This document shows, one piece after another, positions 34,565 through 43,297 of a DNA stretch of 43,640 nucleotides (position 1 is the stretch's first letter; each line of letters opens with the position of its first letter). The position numbers were made by a program, and so were the translations under genes. The notes beneath the pieces are model-generated. The model saw nothing but the letters and a program-made list of their open reading frames with translations, did not search any database and had not been told where the DNA came from. Location: IMG/VR virus record IMGVR_UViG_3300031760_000015, positions 1 to 43,640 of that record. One strand, given 5' to 3'. This DNA comes from a virus. Its lineage: Duplodnaviria; Heunggongvirae; Uroviricota; Caudoviricetes.

Positions 34565-36014
34565 TCCAGAAGAAAGTATGAACCAACTTAAAAATTTTTT
34601 TATAGATACTCTTCCTGATAATAAATTAGAAATTCCAGATTTAGTATCAATAGATACTCTAACTAATCAATCTTATTGGAATCCTCTTATTATTAATAAT
34701 CCTAATATAGAAGAAATAAATTTTCCGAACTTAATACAATCTCCCCTTATTATAAAAGGGGAGAATTTAAGACGAGTTAATTTAGAGTCTTTATCGCGCG
34801 TAGAATTTGGAGTATCTAGTCTTGATAATTATAACTTTCTTCCATTAAGTATTTTACAAAATACTAAAATACAGACATTAAATTTACCAAATTTTATAGG
34901 TACTGGTGCAGAAGTTCCTCCATCTGGTATGCAAATTTCTGAATCAAATCAAATGAGTTTTCTTAATAATTATTGGTTAAACACAGTTTTCATGGGTAAT
35001 AGTCTTATGAAACAAAGTGATTATCCAAATTTTATATTTAATGGTTTCTGGTTTAGAAATAATTATTCTTTAGTAGCTTTATGCTTAAATTACCCTTATG
35101 TTATTCCTTTAGACCGTACAGAAGGTTTTAATACAACTCCTATTAAAAAAGGTAATGGTCATATATATGTTCCAGAAAATTTATTAGAGGAATATCGAGC
35201 AGCAGATTATTGGAAAATTTTTCCTGCTGAAAAATTTAAATCTTTAAATGAATATGAAAATAATATGAAATCTTATTTTTCTGATAGTATAGAAGAATCT
35301 TGGGAACGAATTATAGCTAATTGTGATAATAATAGTTATGGTAATTATCAAGTTGGAGATACTAAAACTTTGTATTGGAATGGTATTCCAATACAAATGG
35401 TAATTGTTGAAAAAAATAAAGATACTAGTCCAACAAAAGGAGTTGTCCCTTTAACTTGGATGATGAAAACTATTTCTATATTTAATCGTTATAATTTAGG
35501 AAGTATTTTTAATAATAATCCAATTAATTTTGCTAATGCTAATGGAACTGAATCATATCCAGGTTATAGAAAATTATTTACAGAAACTATTTATAATGGT
35601 ATTAGTAGCAATCCTATTACAAAAGATAATGTTATTATTAATGGAATTAAGCCAGTAACTAAATATTCAGTAGGAACTAATAATTCAGGAGTTATTACAA
35701 ATGCTTTGTCTTCTACTGAAACTATTTGGCCACCTTCAGCTTCCGAATTGAATCTCCGAGATTATACTACTCCTTATAGTTATTTTACAAAGTTACCAAC
35801 TATCGAAGAAGCAGAAAAACGTCCAAATTATAGTTTAGGTTTAACTACACTTGTAACAGATGAAACAAATAAATTTATTACTATTGGAACAAGAGATTAT
35901 TCTACTTCTAGTACAACTCCTGATTTATTAAGAGCAACTGGAGAAAATAGTAAAATGGAATTAATTCAAGGAGATAATACAAATTCTTATATTATTTTTG
36001 GTTTTTGTACTTAA
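34554..36014 (+). CDS. LRR plus DUF6273-like (C-type-lectin-like) domain protein
   Basis: LRR N-half, Y..A..W linker, YQVGDTK...PPS..EL...YF...FGFC C-terminal pattern. Confidence 0.6.
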   Translation: MIINPEESMNQLKNFFIDTLPDNKLEIPDLVSIDTLTNQSYWNPLIINNPNIEEINFPNLIQSPLIIKGENLRRVNLESLSRVEFGVSSLDNYNFLPLSILQNTKIQTLNLPNFIGTGAEVPPSGMQISESNQMSFLNNYWLNTVFMGNSLMKQSDYPNFIFNGFWFRNNYSLVALCLNYPYVIPLDRTEGFNTTPIKKGNGHIYVPENLLEEYRAADYWKIFPAEKFKSLNEYENNMKSYFSDSIEESWERIIANCDNNSYGNYQVGDTKTLYWNGIPIQMVIVEKNKDTSPTKGVVPLTWMMKTISIFNRYNLGSIFNNNPINFANANGTESYPGYRKLFTETIYNGISSNPITKDNVIINGIKPVTKYSVGTNNSGVITNALSSTETIWPPSASELNLRDYTTPYSYFTKLPTIEEAEKRPNYSLGLTTLVTDETNKFITIGTRDYSTSSTTPDLLRATGENSKMELIQGDNTNSYIIFGFCT

Positions 36015-36028
36015 AAGGAGGCTTATTT

Positions 36029-36646
36029 ATGATTGTGAGTGAAATATATGAAAGAGAAAATGCAACTCCATTGCTACATATTTACTCTGATGAGCGATTT
36101 TTTTTACGATTAAAAAACCAATTAGTTAAAGATGGATATGTAGATAATGAGCAAGAAATTCAAAATTATATTGAAACAAATATTCCTCTTCCATCTATTA
36201 AAGCTAATAATGATTTTATTTGCTCGATTTTAATTCATGATGATGAATTAACTGAAGACCAAATACTTAAAGCAAAACCTGTTTTAAATAAAGCTTTAAA
36301 TTTAATAGAAGAAGAAAAAAGTTATTATCTTAAATTTCTTTATCCTCCTTTGAATATTGAATATCAATATAAAGAAGGAGAGCGTTTTCAATATAATAAT
36401 AATATTTATGTTACTATTCAAGAAGCTTATGGGAAAAAATTATTAGATTCTGATAATTCAACATATTTTAAAAAAATAAATTGTCCAATAGATTTTCTTG
36501 AAGAATGGAAAACTATGCAAGAATATAACTTAAATGATAGAATTAAATATGGTAGTCATATTTATGTATCTTTAATAGACCATAATACTTGGTCTCCACA
36601 AGATTTTCCTGCTGCATGGCAATTAGAAGAAAGAAGTCAAGATTAA
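36029..36646 (+). CDS. Carbohydrate-binding-module (CBM5/12-like) phage protein
   Basis: Y..G.R..Y...IY repeats and WSPQDFPAAW C-terminus; AAAGGAGG RBS. Confidence 0.65.
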   Translation: MIVSEIYERENATPLLHIYSDERFFLRLKNQLVKDGYVDNEQEIQNYIETNIPLPSIKANNDFICSILIHDDELTEDQILKAKPVLNKALNLIEEEKSYYLKFLYPPLNIEYQYKEGERFQYNNNIYVTIQEAYGKKLLDSDNSTYFKKINCPIDFLEEWKTMQEYNLNDRIKYGSHIYVSLIDHNTWSPQDFPAAWQLEERSQD

Positions 36647-36707
36647 TTCTTGACTTCTTTCTTTTTTTATGCTATAATATTTTTAGAAAGAAAAGAGAGG
36701 TAACTTT

Positions 36708-37061
36708 ATGGAAAAATATTGTTATGTCTGCGGTAAAAAAATTAGGGAAAAAGATTTTTATTATAATATAAGTTCAAATAGTTATATTTGTGATAATGAA
36801 AAATGTTATAATTTCTATTTTTGGGATAATTTCGCCACAAGAGCAATTCATGACCATAATCACGAATATGTTATTGTAGACCGAAAAGTTTATCAAATTG
36901 GTAATCCACAAGATGAAGTTAAAGGAATGGGTGGCAGACATTGGGCTATTCAATTTAATGATGGGCATTATATTGAAACTGATTCTTTATGGTTTCTTGG
37001 CGACTTACCGCAAAGATTACTTCATGATTTTCCCGACAATGCTAAATTTATTACTCATTAA
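36708..37061 (+). CDS. Hypothetical protein with N-terminal Zn finger
   Basis: CYVC...C...C; own promoter. Confidence 0.75.
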   Translation: MEKYCYVCGKKIREKDFYYNISSNSYICDNEKCYNFYFWDNFATRAIHDHNHEYVIVDRKVYQIGNPQDEVKGMGGRHWAIQFNDGHYIETDSLWFLGDLPQRLLHDFPDNAKFITH

Positions 37062-37075
37062 AGAAAGGAGAACTT

Positions 37076-37951
37076 ATGGTAGAAATTGTATTTTGTGTAG
37101 GTATCGCGGCTTCTGGTAAGACTACTTGGGCTTATAAGCAAGAAGGCTATGTTGTATTAGATTCTGATGCTGTGCGCGAAGAGCTTTATGGCGATGCTAC
37201 CTGCCAAGATAACCCTGATAAGGTTTTTAATCTTATCTATAAGCGCGCGAAGAATGCTTTGCGTGAAGATAAATCTGTAATTTTTTGTTCTACCAATCTT
37301 ACTATGAAATATCGTATACATGCTATTCGTCAAATGAAGCAAGTGCGGCCTGATGCTATTATTCGCGCAGTTGTCTTTAATACTCCGCTAGAAGTATGCG
37401 AAAAGCAGAATAAGATGCGTGAGCGTCAGGTCCCTGACTGGCTTTTTATGAAACAGCTTAAAACTTTACAACTTCCTGTTTATAACGAGGGGTTTGATGT
37501 TATTGATGTAATTCATAATTATACTCATGAAGAAAGTCAAAAAGTTTATCACGAAATTTTAGAAAAAGTTTTAAATTTTGGTAGTCAAAAAAATGAGCAT
37601 CATACTTTAACTTTATTTGAACATTGTGTTAATGCTTATATTTATGCTTGTGATAATAATTTTAATCCCTATATTTGTGGTGCAGCTTTAGCGCATGATT
37701 TTGGTAAGGCTTGGACGCAAGAATACTGGAAGAAAGATAATGGTAAAAATGCGCACTATCCTTGTCATGAAAATGTTGGGGCTTATCTTTCTTTAAATTT
37801 AGGTAATTCTTATCATTGCGCTCAATTAATAAATTACCATATGCTTCTTTATATGGATTCGCGCGCACAGGCTACTTGGCGTGAGCGTTTAGGTGAAGAA
37901 TTTTGGCGTGAGTTAGAGCTTCTTCATGAAGCAGATTTAGCAGCACATTAA
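37076..37951 (+). CDS. pnk: Polynucleotide kinase (AAA_33 P-loop) fused to an HD phosphohydrolase
   Basis: GIAASGKT, DSDAVR, STNL; C-terminal H...HDFGK...H..D. Confidence 0.85.
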   Translation: MVEIVFCVGIAASGKTTWAYKQEGYVVLDSDAVREELYGDATCQDNPDKVFNLIYKRAKNALREDKSVIFCSTNLTMKYRIHAIRQMKQVRPDAIIRAVVFNTPLEVCEKQNKMRERQVPDWLFMKQLKTLQLPVYNEGFDVIDVIHNYTHEESQKVYHEILEKVLNFGSQKNEHHTLTLFEHCVNAYIYACDNNFNPYICGAALAHDFGKAWTQEYWKKDNGKNAHYPCHENVGAYLSLNLGNSYHCAQLINYHMLLYMDSRAQATWRERLGEEFWRELELLHEADLAAH

Positions 37952-37956
37952 GGAGA

Positions 37957-38280
37957 ATGACATTGAAATACTATAGTAGAGAAATTTTAGAACAGTATTT
38001 AAAAGATACTCGTTTAAATAAAATTTTAGATATAATTGATGATATTGAACCAGAAATTACAGAAGATAAAACTGTACCAGCACAAATAAATGTGCGACTT
38101 TGCCGCAATTGTCCTTATTTTGAACAAGAACATCCTACTATAGAAACCAATGAAGATTTTGGCTATTGTTCATATAAAACTGATTTTGCTGTTCTTGATG
38201 ATGAACCAATTCATTGGTATTTTACAAATAGGAATAGTTTTTGTGATGAAAATACATTAGGTGATGAAGATGCATATTAG
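37957..38280 (+). CDS. Cys-motif hypothetical protein
   Basis: CRNCPYF...C...FC. Confidence 0.7.
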   Translation: MTLKYYSREILEQYLKDTRLNKILDIIDDIEPEITEDKTVPAQINVRLCRNCPYFEQEHPTIETNEDFGYCSYKTDFAVLDDEPIHWYFTNRNSFCDENTLGDEDAY

Positions 38281-38349
38281 TTTAATTTTAGTTGCTTTAT
38301 TACTAACTATCTTCTTTTTTAAAGATGATAATGGAAGTGGTTTTGTTTA

Positions 38350-38535
38350 ATGAAAGTATTATCTACCAAGCATCCTGGTTTATGGTTTATTTGCGAACAA
38401 TGTAGCGCTGTTATTATAGATGTTCAAGATAATGAAATTTATAATGGGCGAGATGTATATTGTCCAATTTGTAAATTTAAAAATGAGATTTTATTTGATA
38501 AAAATTATGATGGAGTAATTCAGAAAGAGAGTTAA
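38350..38535 (+). CDS. Zinc-ribbon protein
   Basis: CEQC...CPIC. Confidence 0.7.
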   Translation: MKVLSTKHPGLWFICEQCSAVIIDVQDNEIYNGRDVYCPICKFKNEILFDKNYDGVIQKES

Positions 38536-38536
38536 T

Positions 38537-38917
38537 ATGTTAATTTTTCTTGTTTGTTTAAATATTTTAGCATTAGGTATTTTTTTATTACTATATGATA
38601 AAAAAGAAGGAGAATTATATTTTATTGGGTCTACAGTTTCTATTCTTTCTGGTATAGCATTATTTATTCTAATAATGGTATTGCTCGCGCAAGGAAGCGT
38701 GAATCGAGAAAAGGCAAATCAATTAAATATTGATTGTGCAAATTTGAATTATTATGTACATCATTTAGAAGATTATAAAGAAAGAACTTTAGTTGAAGCT
38801 ATAAATAGATATAATGTAGAATTAAAAGATTTTCGCGCAAAACAATCTTCTCCTTGGTTAAATTGGTTTTATCCTGGAGATGTAAGTAGATGTGAATATA
38901 TAATTTGGAGGAATTAA
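38537..38917 (+). CDS. Two-TM membrane protein, paralog of 40489-40884
   Basis: Two hydrophobic helices followed by YN..L...W..F.P. Confidence 0.75.
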   Translation: MLIFLVCLNILALGIFLLLYDKKEGELYFIGSTVSILSGIALFILIMVLLAQGSVNREKANQLNIDCANLNYYVHHLEDYKERTLVEAINRYNVELKDFRAKQSSPWLNWFYPGDVSRCEYIIWRN

Positions 38918-38922
38918 ATTAT

Positions 38923-39168
38923 ATGTCTGAAAATGTAAATCATCCTGCTCATTATAATGTCGGAGCGATAGAAGTAATTGATATTATAGAAAATCAAGGT
39001 TGGGGAGTAGGTTTTAATCGCGGAAACGCTGTAAAATATATCTTGCGCGCAGGTCATAAGGATAAAAATAAAGAAATTGAAGATTTAAAGAAAGCTATGT
39101 GGTATCTTAATCGAGAAATAGAAAGACTTCAAACTATTAGAGAAGTAGAAAGGTTTGAAAATGGATAA
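38923..39168 (+). CDS. DUF3310 (SaV-like) protein
   Basis: VNHPAHY...IEVID...GNAVKY..RAG.K...EDLKKA.WY. Confidence 0.9.
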   Translation: MSENVNHPAHYNVGAIEVIDIIENQGWGVGFNRGNAVKYILRAGHKDKNKEIEDLKKAMWYLNREIERLQTIREVERFENG

Positions 39169-39364
39169 TAATTGTATTGTTATGTGCCCATGTTGCGGGA
39201 CAATATTACAAGTTACAAGCAATATATTGGGTTCAAATGCTTACCCATTTCATTCTAATATGCAAATGTGTTTGCGCGATATGATACAAAATAATCAAAT
39301 AGCACAACCAAATTATGCTCAAATGTGTTGTGCAATAAGTCAGGAGGATAATAATAATGTATAA
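39155..39364 (+). CDS. Cys-rich hypothetical protein
   Basis: CPCCG; operonic. Confidence 0.6.
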   Translation: MKMDNNCIVMCPCCGTILQVTSNILGSNAYPFHSNMQMCLRDMIQNNQIAQPNYAQMCCAISQEDNNNV

Positions 39365-39671
39365 TCCAAATTATCAAAATTGGGGTCCTCAAGGATGGCG
39401 TTGCCCTGAATGCGGACGAATATATAGCCCTACTACATTTATGTGTTTTTATTGTGGTAATAAAGAAACTACAATTCAAACAGATAAAACAACTGTAATA
39501 CCATTTGATGATAAAGGATGGTGGGATGATTATCAAAAGAGAACTACTGGTGATGTAGAAGCAATAAATCAACTTTGGAAACAATTTACTGTTAGCTCTG
39601 GAACGAATGTAGAAATTACACCAAGCGGCGCAATACTTTATCATGGTCCTACAATGGAGTGTTATTTATAA
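39357..39671 (+). CDS. Zinc-ribbon protein
   Basis: GWRCPECGR.YSP....C.YC. Confidence 0.75.
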   Translation: MYNPNYQNWGPQGWRCPECGRIYSPTTFMCFYCGNKETTIQTDKTTVIPFDDKGWWDDYQKRTTGDVEAINQLWKQFTVSSGTNVEITPSGAILYHGPTMECYL

Positions 39672-39910
39672 TGGATAAGAAAAGAATGGAAGATGCTATA
39701 TCTAAGTTTGATAAAGCTTATGCTAATGATGATATAAGAGAAGAATATCTTCAATTTAGTCGTTTTATTCAAGGTGCTTTTATTTCTCCTACAGGGTGGA
39801 TTATAGATACTGGTAATTATCAGACTGTAAATAGAGAGCTTATTGAGGATATTTATTATAAAATTAGGAAGCATCCATTAATTTGGAAATTATTTTTTAG
39901 GGTGGCTTAA
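39671..39910 (+). CDS. Hypothetical protein
   Basis: TAATG coupling. Confidence 0.65.
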   Translation: MDKKRMEDAISKFDKAYANDDIREEYLQFSRFIQGAFISPTGWIIDTGNYQTVNRELIEDIYYKIRKHPLIWKLFFRVA

Positions 39911-39911
39911 T

Positions 39912-40202
39912 ATGAATATAGTAGATTTTACTAAACAATTTCAAATTAATAAAGAATTTTTAGATACTATTGACTTTATCCCTTTCTTAAAGCAATTTAC
40001 TTTATTAGGCGATATGATGGTAGCTGTAGAAGAAAAATATCGTGATATTGATATGCCAAGTGAATTAGAAGGTGAAATTTTTAATTATTATACAACATGG
40101 GAATTTGAAAAATATCTAGAAGAACGTTACTCAAATCAAATACAGTTTTATCCATATGAAGATTATTTAATTAATTTTATAGGAGAACAAAATGATTATT
40201 AG
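39912..40202 (+). CDS. Hypothetical protein
   Basis: Operonic ORF. Confidence 0.7.
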   Translation: MNIVDFTKQFQINKEFLDTIDFIPFLKQFTLLGDMMVAVEEKYRDIDMPSELEGEIFNYYTTWEFEKYLEERYSNQIQFYPYEDYLINFIGEQNDY

Positions 40203-40467
40203 TGCAGCTTGCCGCGCGGTTGTTAATGATGAAGAAAATGTATTTAAAGTTCATCGTCATGGTGATTTTTTCCTTTGGATGAAACAACTTCATTGTGATT
40301 ATGATAAATCAAAAGTTGAAAGTGGCTTTATAAATTGGGATATGCACAAAGAGCGTTTTGTTTCGCGTGCAGAAGCAGCTAAAATCGCGGTGGAATGTAA
40401 TCAAATTTTGCCACATATGAAAGAACAATTTAATCCAAATTGTTTATATTCTGAAGATATTTATTAA
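40192..40467 (+). CDS. Conserved phage protein
   Basis: RH.D...GF......FV.R.EA..IA...Q...LYSED pattern common in large phages. Confidence 0.75.
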   Translation: MIISAACRAVVNDEENVFKVHRHGDFFLWMKQLHCDYDKSKVESGFINWDMHKERFVSRAEAAKIAVECNQILPHMKEQFNPNCLYSEDIY

Positions 40468-40488
40468 AATAAAAGGAGATTTAAAATT

Positions 40489-40884
40489 ATGATTTTTATT
40501 ATTTGTTTAATCGTTGCTATTATTACAGTTATTGCCGCATTTATGTTTGAAAAAAATGACTGCGATTTTGCTAGTTTAATTTCTGGTATTATTGCTTTAC
40601 CAACTGCTGGTGGAGCCGCAATTATGCTAATTGTATTAGCAATAACTTATATAGGTTGTCCGCGCACAGAAGCAATATGGCAAGAACGATATGCTTCTTT
40701 AAATACTCGTATTGAAAATCATATGTATTCTTTTTTAGATAAATCAAAATTAATTGAAGAAGTGCAGAAATGGAATGAAGATTTTTCTGCACAAGAAAAG
40801 GCACAAAAGAATATTTGGGTAGCTATTTTTAATCCTGAATCTATTGAAGGATTAGATAAAATTGATTTAGAAAAAATAAAGTAA
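40489..40884 (+). CDS. Two-TM membrane protein, paralog of 38537-38917
   Basis: AAGGAG RBS; same layout. Confidence 0.75.
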   Translation: MIFIICLIVAIITVIAAFMFEKNDCDFASLISGIIALPTAGGAAIMLIVLAITYIGCPRTEAIWQERYASLNTRIENHMYSFLDKSKLIEEVQKWNEDFSAQEKAQKNIWVAIFNPESIEGLDKIDLEKIK

Positions 40885-40944
40885 GAAAGTCTCTTGACTT
40901 TCTTTTTATTTTATGTTATAATAAAAGAAAAAAGGAGAATAAAT

Positions 40945-41256
40945 ATGGCAGAAGTGTTTGAAGGGCAACTTATAGATTGGAATAAATTTACTGCTAAAGA
41001 CGCTTTAAAATATACAAAAGAAGGTCAAGAACGTATTCAAAAAAAAGAATATATTGATGTTATTAAAGAAATAGCATATGTCGCCACATCAGGCCAATCT
41101 AATCTAACTTTAACTAAAAAATTAACTGATTATACTATTTCTAAATTAGAAGCTAATGGTTTTAATGTAACAATAGAACAAGATCAATGTTATACTATGA
41201 CTTCTGGAGGTTCAAGTATTATAAATGATTATTGGACTACAACTATTAAATGGTGA
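40945..41256 (+). CDS. Hypothetical protein (L..xGF...I.W family)
   Basis: AGGAG RBS before ATG 40945. Confidence 0.75.
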   Translation: MAEVFEGQLIDWNKFTAKDALKYTKEGQERIQKKEYIDVIKEIAYVATSGQSNLTLTKKLTDYTISKLEANGFNVTIEQDQCYTMTSGGSSIINDYWTTTIKW

Positions 41257-41261
41257 TTAAT

Positions 41262-41537
41262 ATGGAATATCCAATGACTTTAACTATTCGTCCTGATTAT
41301 AATGACCCATATTATACAGGTTCCCATAATTTACAATGGAATTATGATAATTTTAAAGGTGACTTCACTGTTTGGAATTTAAGTGATTGTCCTGAAGATG
41401 CAATAATAGGTCGAGATTTATTTGACGCTTATGATTTTGTTCGTGCAGTTGAATTTGGTATGAGTCTCGCACGAAAAGGTTATACAAAAATTAAGCTTAC
41501 AGAAATAAGAGAAAACGAGGATGAGGATGAAGAATAA
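41262..41537 (+). CDS. Hypothetical protein
   Basis: SDCPEDA...RDL motif seen in phage proteins. Confidence 0.7.
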   Translation: MEYPMTLTIRPDYNDPYYTGSHNLQWNYDNFKGDFTVWNLSDCPEDAIIGRDLFDAYDFVRAVEFGMSLARKGYTKIKLTEIRENEDEDEE

Positions 41538-41611
41538 ATTCTTCAATAAAATAATTGACTTCAATTAAAAATTGTGCTATAATTATTCCAGAAAGTGAAA
41601 AGGAGATAATT

Positions 41612-42388
41612 ATGAATAAAAAAGCTATTTTCCATCATTTTTCTGATATTATCGACAATATGCTCTCTGAATCATTTTTTTGGGATACATATTTCCAAGA
41701 GCCTTTTATGTTAGAAGATACTGTTGAAGGAAATGATACAGACCCTTCTGTGCCTGAAAACATCTCTCTTCATTTTGGCGTTAGCCGTGGATGTATTGTT
41801 GATGAAGATTATGATTGGGTAGTAAAATTTGATTTAGATGGCGATTATTTATATGATAGTCTTTGTGCGCGCGAAGTAGATGTTTTCCGTATGGCACAAG
41901 AAAACAATTTGGATAAGTATTTTACGGAAGCAATTTATCTTGGCACTTATACTCGTGAAATTAATTTTTATGATAAAGAGAAAATAGAACAAAATTTAAA
42001 TTGGTATGATTATGATCCTATTGCTTTCGAGCGAGACTTTTTAGAAAAAGAGGATGATTTTGGTCCTGTTCTTCCTATTGTTATTTCTATTCCTCTTTAT
42101 GCTTATCCGCGCGCAAATATTTATAAATACCATAATTTTATGAATGATAGCGATTATGCAGATCAAGCAAAAACAGTAAATAGTCCTTTAAGGAAACGTA
42201 ATCTACAAATTGCAATGGAGTTTATCTATAAGTATGGTATAAAAGAATATCGACGTTTTAGTGATTTTCTTTCTGAAAATTATGTAAATGACATTCATCA
42301 CGGTAATGTTATGGAGCTTAATGGAGAATTAGTTTTGAGTGATTATTGTGGATTTCACAGTAGTTGTGATACAAGTGAAGATTGGTAA
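41612..42388 (+). CDS. Protein-kinase-like (PKL fold) protein
   Basis: GVSR..., VVKF, C..E, DIHHGN catalytic loop, LSDY; own promoter; AAGGAG RBS before ATG 41612. Confidence 0.65.
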   Translation: MNKKAIFHHFSDIIDNMLSESFFWDTYFQEPFMLEDTVEGNDTDPSVPENISLHFGVSRGCIVDEDYDWVVKFDLDGDYLYDSLCAREVDVFRMAQENNLDKYFTEAIYLGTYTREINFYDKEKIEQNLNWYDYDPIAFERDFLEKEDDFGPVLPIVISIPLYAYPRANIYKYHNFMNDSDYADQAKTVNSPLRKRNLQIAMEFIYKYGIKEYRRFSDFLSENYVNDIHHGNVMELNGELVLSDYCGFHSSCDTSEDW

Positions 42389-42403
42389 GAAAGGATTTTA
42401 AAT

Positions 42404-43240
42404 ATGTTTAAAGATGCTATTGGCGATAGAATGAAGCAATATGAGAATTGTTATCGTATTTACATGCCTCGACGTTCAGCAGTAGTTGCTCGTTTAGATG
42501 GCCGGAGTTTTCATAATTTTACTAAGGGCTTTGAGCGCCCATACGATAAGTTATTTGCTTCTTGTATGTGGGAAACCGCGAAAGAATTATGTGAAAATGT
42601 AGGCGGTTGCCGCTTTGGTTATACACAAAGCGATGAAATCACTCTTGTTCTCGCAGATTGGGAGAATCCTAAAACCGAACCTTGGTTTGGCAATAATTTA
42701 CAAAAAATTGTAAGTATTTCCGCGAGTATGGCTACTTTGTTCTTTAATAAGAATTTTGTTAATTTATATGCTAAAGAAGTTAGTCATTTTTATGATTCAA
42801 ATGGAAATTATGAAAGTGATGAATTTAAATTACTTCAAACGCATAGCAATGCTTTTGATAATAAAATGGCTCTTTTCGATTCACGCGCGTTTATTATTCC
42901 GCGAGAGGAAATTTTTAATGTCTTGTATTGGCGACAACTTGATTGTAAGAGAAATAGTATTCAACTATTAGGTCAAGCTAATTTCTCTCATAGCCAACTT
43001 CAAAATAAAAATAGTAATGAAATTCAAGAAATGCTTTTTCAAGAAAAAGGTATTAATTGGGCAAATGAGCCTGAGTGGTTTAAGAATGGAGTTGCTATTT
43101 ATAAGAAGCCTACTAAAGTAGAATATTATAATGAATTTGATGGTAGTTCTGGCGTAGTATATCGTAATAAATGGTATGCTGATTTAGCAACTCCTGTTTT
43201 TACGAAAGATAAACAGTATATTGAAAAATATTTTATTTGA
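42404..43240 (+). CDS. thg1: tRNA-His guanylyltransferase Thg1-like (3'-5' polymerase)
   Basis: RLDGRSFH, YTQSDEI, FDSR, WRQ.D..RNS motifs. Confidence 0.92.
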   Translation: MFKDAIGDRMKQYENCYRIYMPRRSAVVARLDGRSFHNFTKGFERPYDKLFASCMWETAKELCENVGGCRFGYTQSDEITLVLADWENPKTEPWFGNNLQKIVSISASMATLFFNKNFVNLYAKEVSHFYDSNGNYESDEFKLLQTHSNAFDNKMALFDSRAFIIPREEIFNVLYWRQLDCKRNSIQLLGQANFSHSQLQNKNSNEIQEMLFQEKGINWANEPEWFKNGVAIYKKPTKVEYYNEFDGSSGVVYRNKWYADLATPVFTKDKQYIEKYFI

Positions 43241-43297
43241 CTCTTTTCTTAAATTATAGTATAATAAATATGTAAAGAAGGAAAGGGGATATTTGAA

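Noticed and set aside
34554-36014. Active diversity-generating retroelement
   Set aside because: No reverse transcriptase or template repeat is visible in the window; kept only as a hypothesis.
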